Assembly (NCBI RefSeq): GCF_006345805.1
Contig: NC_042997.1
Location: 107,632,001-107,696,000 of the forward strand
Source of the DNA: Octopus sinensis
Lineage: Eukaryota
DNA: 64,000 nt
Direction of reading: 5' to 3'
The first letter of the stretch is position 1. The number at the start of each line of letters is the position of its first letter. Positions 61,551-64,000 of this stretch are shown piece after piece. The position numbers were made by a program, and so were the translations under genes. The notes below the pieces were generated by a model, which was not told the origin of the DNA, made no database searches, and worked only from the letters and a program-made list of their open reading frames with translations.

Positions 61551-61619
61551 ATATCTAGATTGGGGTTTCCCCTCAGTCCTTAACTGTAAATTTTCAACAA
61601 ATAATCCAATATTTAGAAG

Positions 61620-62290
61620 TCTATATTACCTTCTTCACCTATTCCTTTCATCTGGCACCACAGAGGTAGAAATGTCACCAGACCAAATAATGGCAATGTC
61701 AGAAATCATTGAAAATTCTAGGGTTTTTGTCACTTTTTCAATCTTAAGGTGAAGATGCAAACATTGTGGATTGTTGAGTCCCCCACCACCCTTTAACAAC
61801 TGGTTGCTAACCATTTACCCCATGACTACCCATTCTTTAGATTGTCCAAACTTAACAAAACCAGGTTGAAATATTCACAAGGAAATTCCTTGACACAGGT
61901 CAGCCAATTTCTTAATCGTTTTGCATCCTTTTTTACCCACTAAACTTGTATGGTTTGGACAGGTCTTCCTTAGTGTAGCATCTTGCCACATGTCTCCTTC
62001 TCACTGGATATGACCCCTTCCCCAATATAGCATCTCCCCACTTGTAGCAATCCTTTGTGTTGTTCAGTCTTCGGGGTTCAACTCAGTTTTACCACTTCTT
62101 CCTTGTCTTCAGATTCCTTCTATTTCAATTGCTATCCTCTGCACACATCACAGCTCTGTTTTCTATCAAATACATCATATCTGAGGCCGTTTCTCTCAAC
62201 CAATTTCTGCTCCATCATTCACCAATGCAAATGTTACACATGTAACCAAGCATGTTTGTTCCATTTATTTGTACTCCTCACAAATCTTTA
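61620..62290 (-). mobile_element. Possible Ty3/Gypsy gag remnant (zinc-knuckle-like)
   Basis: Frameshifted RCY..GK.GHIQ* knuckle-like segment and an upstream WLRE.A... helix. Very degenerate. Confidence 0.25.
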
Positions 62291-63016
62291 GTCAATAACC
62301 ATGTTTCACTACCATGTGGTATTGCTCTTCAAACACAACTATAATAAAATCTTCTGTGTTTAAGCCCATTACTGTGTAATGTCACTGTCCAAATACAATT
62401 ATACGATCTGTCCATTTGTTGCCAGCAAAGGTAATGACTCCCTAAATTTTCTTTGTCAGCAGAAGTGGGTCAGCATAATTAATAAGAATAAGCAAATAGG
62501 ACCATATGTATTTTATGACACCACCAGCAGGGAAGAGGTTGTTTGTCAGGAGCAAAGTATACCCTCTCTACATGGAGTGTAGCCACTGTCCTAGGCAGGT
62601 TTCTTTTGCTGTAGTTCACAGAACCCAATTCAAACCCATGCTAATGGAGTTACTGCTCATCTTGATGGTTGCTAGTGAGTCCAACTGCTCAACCAGGCTG
62701 TCTTCAACATGTTGCTTCAAGGAGTGCACAGCATAGGGTCAAAGAATAGTTGAGGGTGCTCTGTCTGATGATGGGAGTGGGGGGGTGCTTACAGTAGAAT
62801 AGGTGTTTAGCATGTGAATTCCTTGAGCTGAACTAAATAGGAAAAGGTTTCAATTGAAATACAACACTTTAATTACAAGTTTTAATGAAATAAAAATAGA
62901 CAGGAAAATAGAAGAGACGACCAATAAAAACTAATTAAGACACAGGTAAATGACAATCGAGAAGCTGAACTGATTATTGTGACCTAATTTCAAATGAATC
63001 AGCAAAAATAACTTAC

Positions 63017-63129
63017 TTTTTATATCCTCTGCATATTTTGCAAGCTGTTCAACAAGTCGGAGAAAAACAGTTTTCTTAACACTGCAAGTCTCTCGCAATT
63101 TAAGTCGGTCAATTTTATATTTATATTTT
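63017..63129 (-). CDS. ORC6: ORC6 internal exon
   Basis: Acceptor ttattttcag, KYKYKIDRLKLRETCSVKKTVFLRLVEQLAKYAEDIK, donor gtaagt. Aligns with human K.KVDK.K....SGVKKAIFDRL..QL (from memory). Confidence 0.88.
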
Positions 63130-63199
63130 CTGAAAATAAATAACAAGAAAATGAATTGTTTCACTGATTCAGATGGTATTTTTCTTTACTCTCTAAACT

Positions 63200-63430
63200 C
63201 TCATTTGCCAATTATTGATCTGAAACAAACATACACAACATCTTGAATAATTCCAAACATAGTCATTCTTTAATATGAACTATATAGTTGAACAACAGAA
63301 GCCATAGAAAACAGGTAAACCCCATGTTTTTAGCAGATTCTGAAGTGATGAAGTTATGCCTAAGGTATCTTCATCACTTCTTTCTCCCAGTCTTGGAGGA
63401 ATTCAAAATGGTCATTAATGTTACTACAGG
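63200..63430 (-). mobile_element. Possible P-element/THAP9-like transposase remnant
   Basis: DHFEFLQDWEKEVMKIP*, then HNFITSESAKNM in a shifted frame. Weak resemblance only. Confidence 0.25.
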
Positions 63431-63534
63431 TATGAAAAACAGTAACAGATCAACCAACTGTCTGACAAGCCTTTGTTCATGTGGACTAACTTACTTTCTA
63501 ATTCTGTCAGTCATATACCAATAATATACCGGAA

Positions 63535-64000
63535 TAATAATAATAATCAAAACATTGTGTACAGTGCTCAGGTGCACTACAACTCATCTAAAGTGTATGT
63601 ATAATCAGGTGTAGTTTCGGTGGATTTCGGAAAGCATGAGGGCCTTAAAGGATGCAGTGTCATGGCAGTCAACAACTGACGCAGGCAGTTTGTTCCATGC
63701 TTCAGCAACTCTGAGCGTGAAAAAATGTTTCCAAAAGTCATGGGAGCTGTGTTGTTTTCTGACTTTGTAGGCATGTCCATGTGTGTTAGACACATGAAGA
63801 TCAAAAAGGTGTTCAGTGTTGTTGTTGGTGAGGTGGTTGATAACTTTGTGGGTGTTTACCAAGTCCATCGCCAGACGCCGGAGCTTCAGTGAATCCATGC
63901 CCAGGGAAACAAAGCGCTCAGAGTATGGTAGGTGTCTGATGGAGGGTATGCGTTTGGTTGCACGTCTCTGAACAGATTCCAGGAGGTCAATGTTCTGAGC
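63535..64000 (-). mobile_element. CR1-clade LINE 3' end (continues beyond the window)
   Basis: MDSLKLRRLAMDLVNTHK...HGHAYKVRKQ...FFTLRVAEAWNKLP, then a 3' UTR and (ATT)n tail. Confidence 0.9.

Noticed and set aside
63081-63083. Alternative ORC6 acceptor (ttgcag) inside the exon
   Set aside because: Poor pyrimidine tract, and the upstream in-frame residues align with ORC6, so the acceptor at 63130 is preferred.

Overview
AT-rich, repeat-dense animal genomic DNA. It is most likely an octopod cephalopod, inferred from the SINE families, the (GAT)n-tailed RTE family and the microsatellite load. No prokaryotic features, rRNA, true tRNA or CRISPR were found. Two host genes lie on the minus strand: a complete 5-exon BLOC1S4/cappuccino gene (40462-50574, 180 aa) and the 3' exons of ORC6 (63129 down to 60098 or 57889; its 5' exons are beyond the window). 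Almost everything else is transposon debris. Bases 1-8370 hold a head-to-tail array of six R4/Dong-type restriction-like-endonuclease LINEs separated by (TAA)n tracts. The window also has several RTE-clade LINE families, CR1, Penelope-like elements, two non-autonomous Helitron-like elements, a dead DD37D-type mariner, a hAT-type MITE, SINEs and fold-back elements embedded in (TA)n. The three most interesting signals are: (1) a C4HC3 PHD finger inserted inside the reverse-transcriptase domain of the dominant RTE family, seen in two copies and absent from the other RTE families here; (2) a near-canonical hammerhead ribozyme in an inverted terminal repeat of a Penelope-like element; (3) a roughly 260-bp perfect fold-back element whose arms carry a hammerhead-like relic. 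All calls are by eye without database searches, and coordinates of degenerate repeats are approximate.
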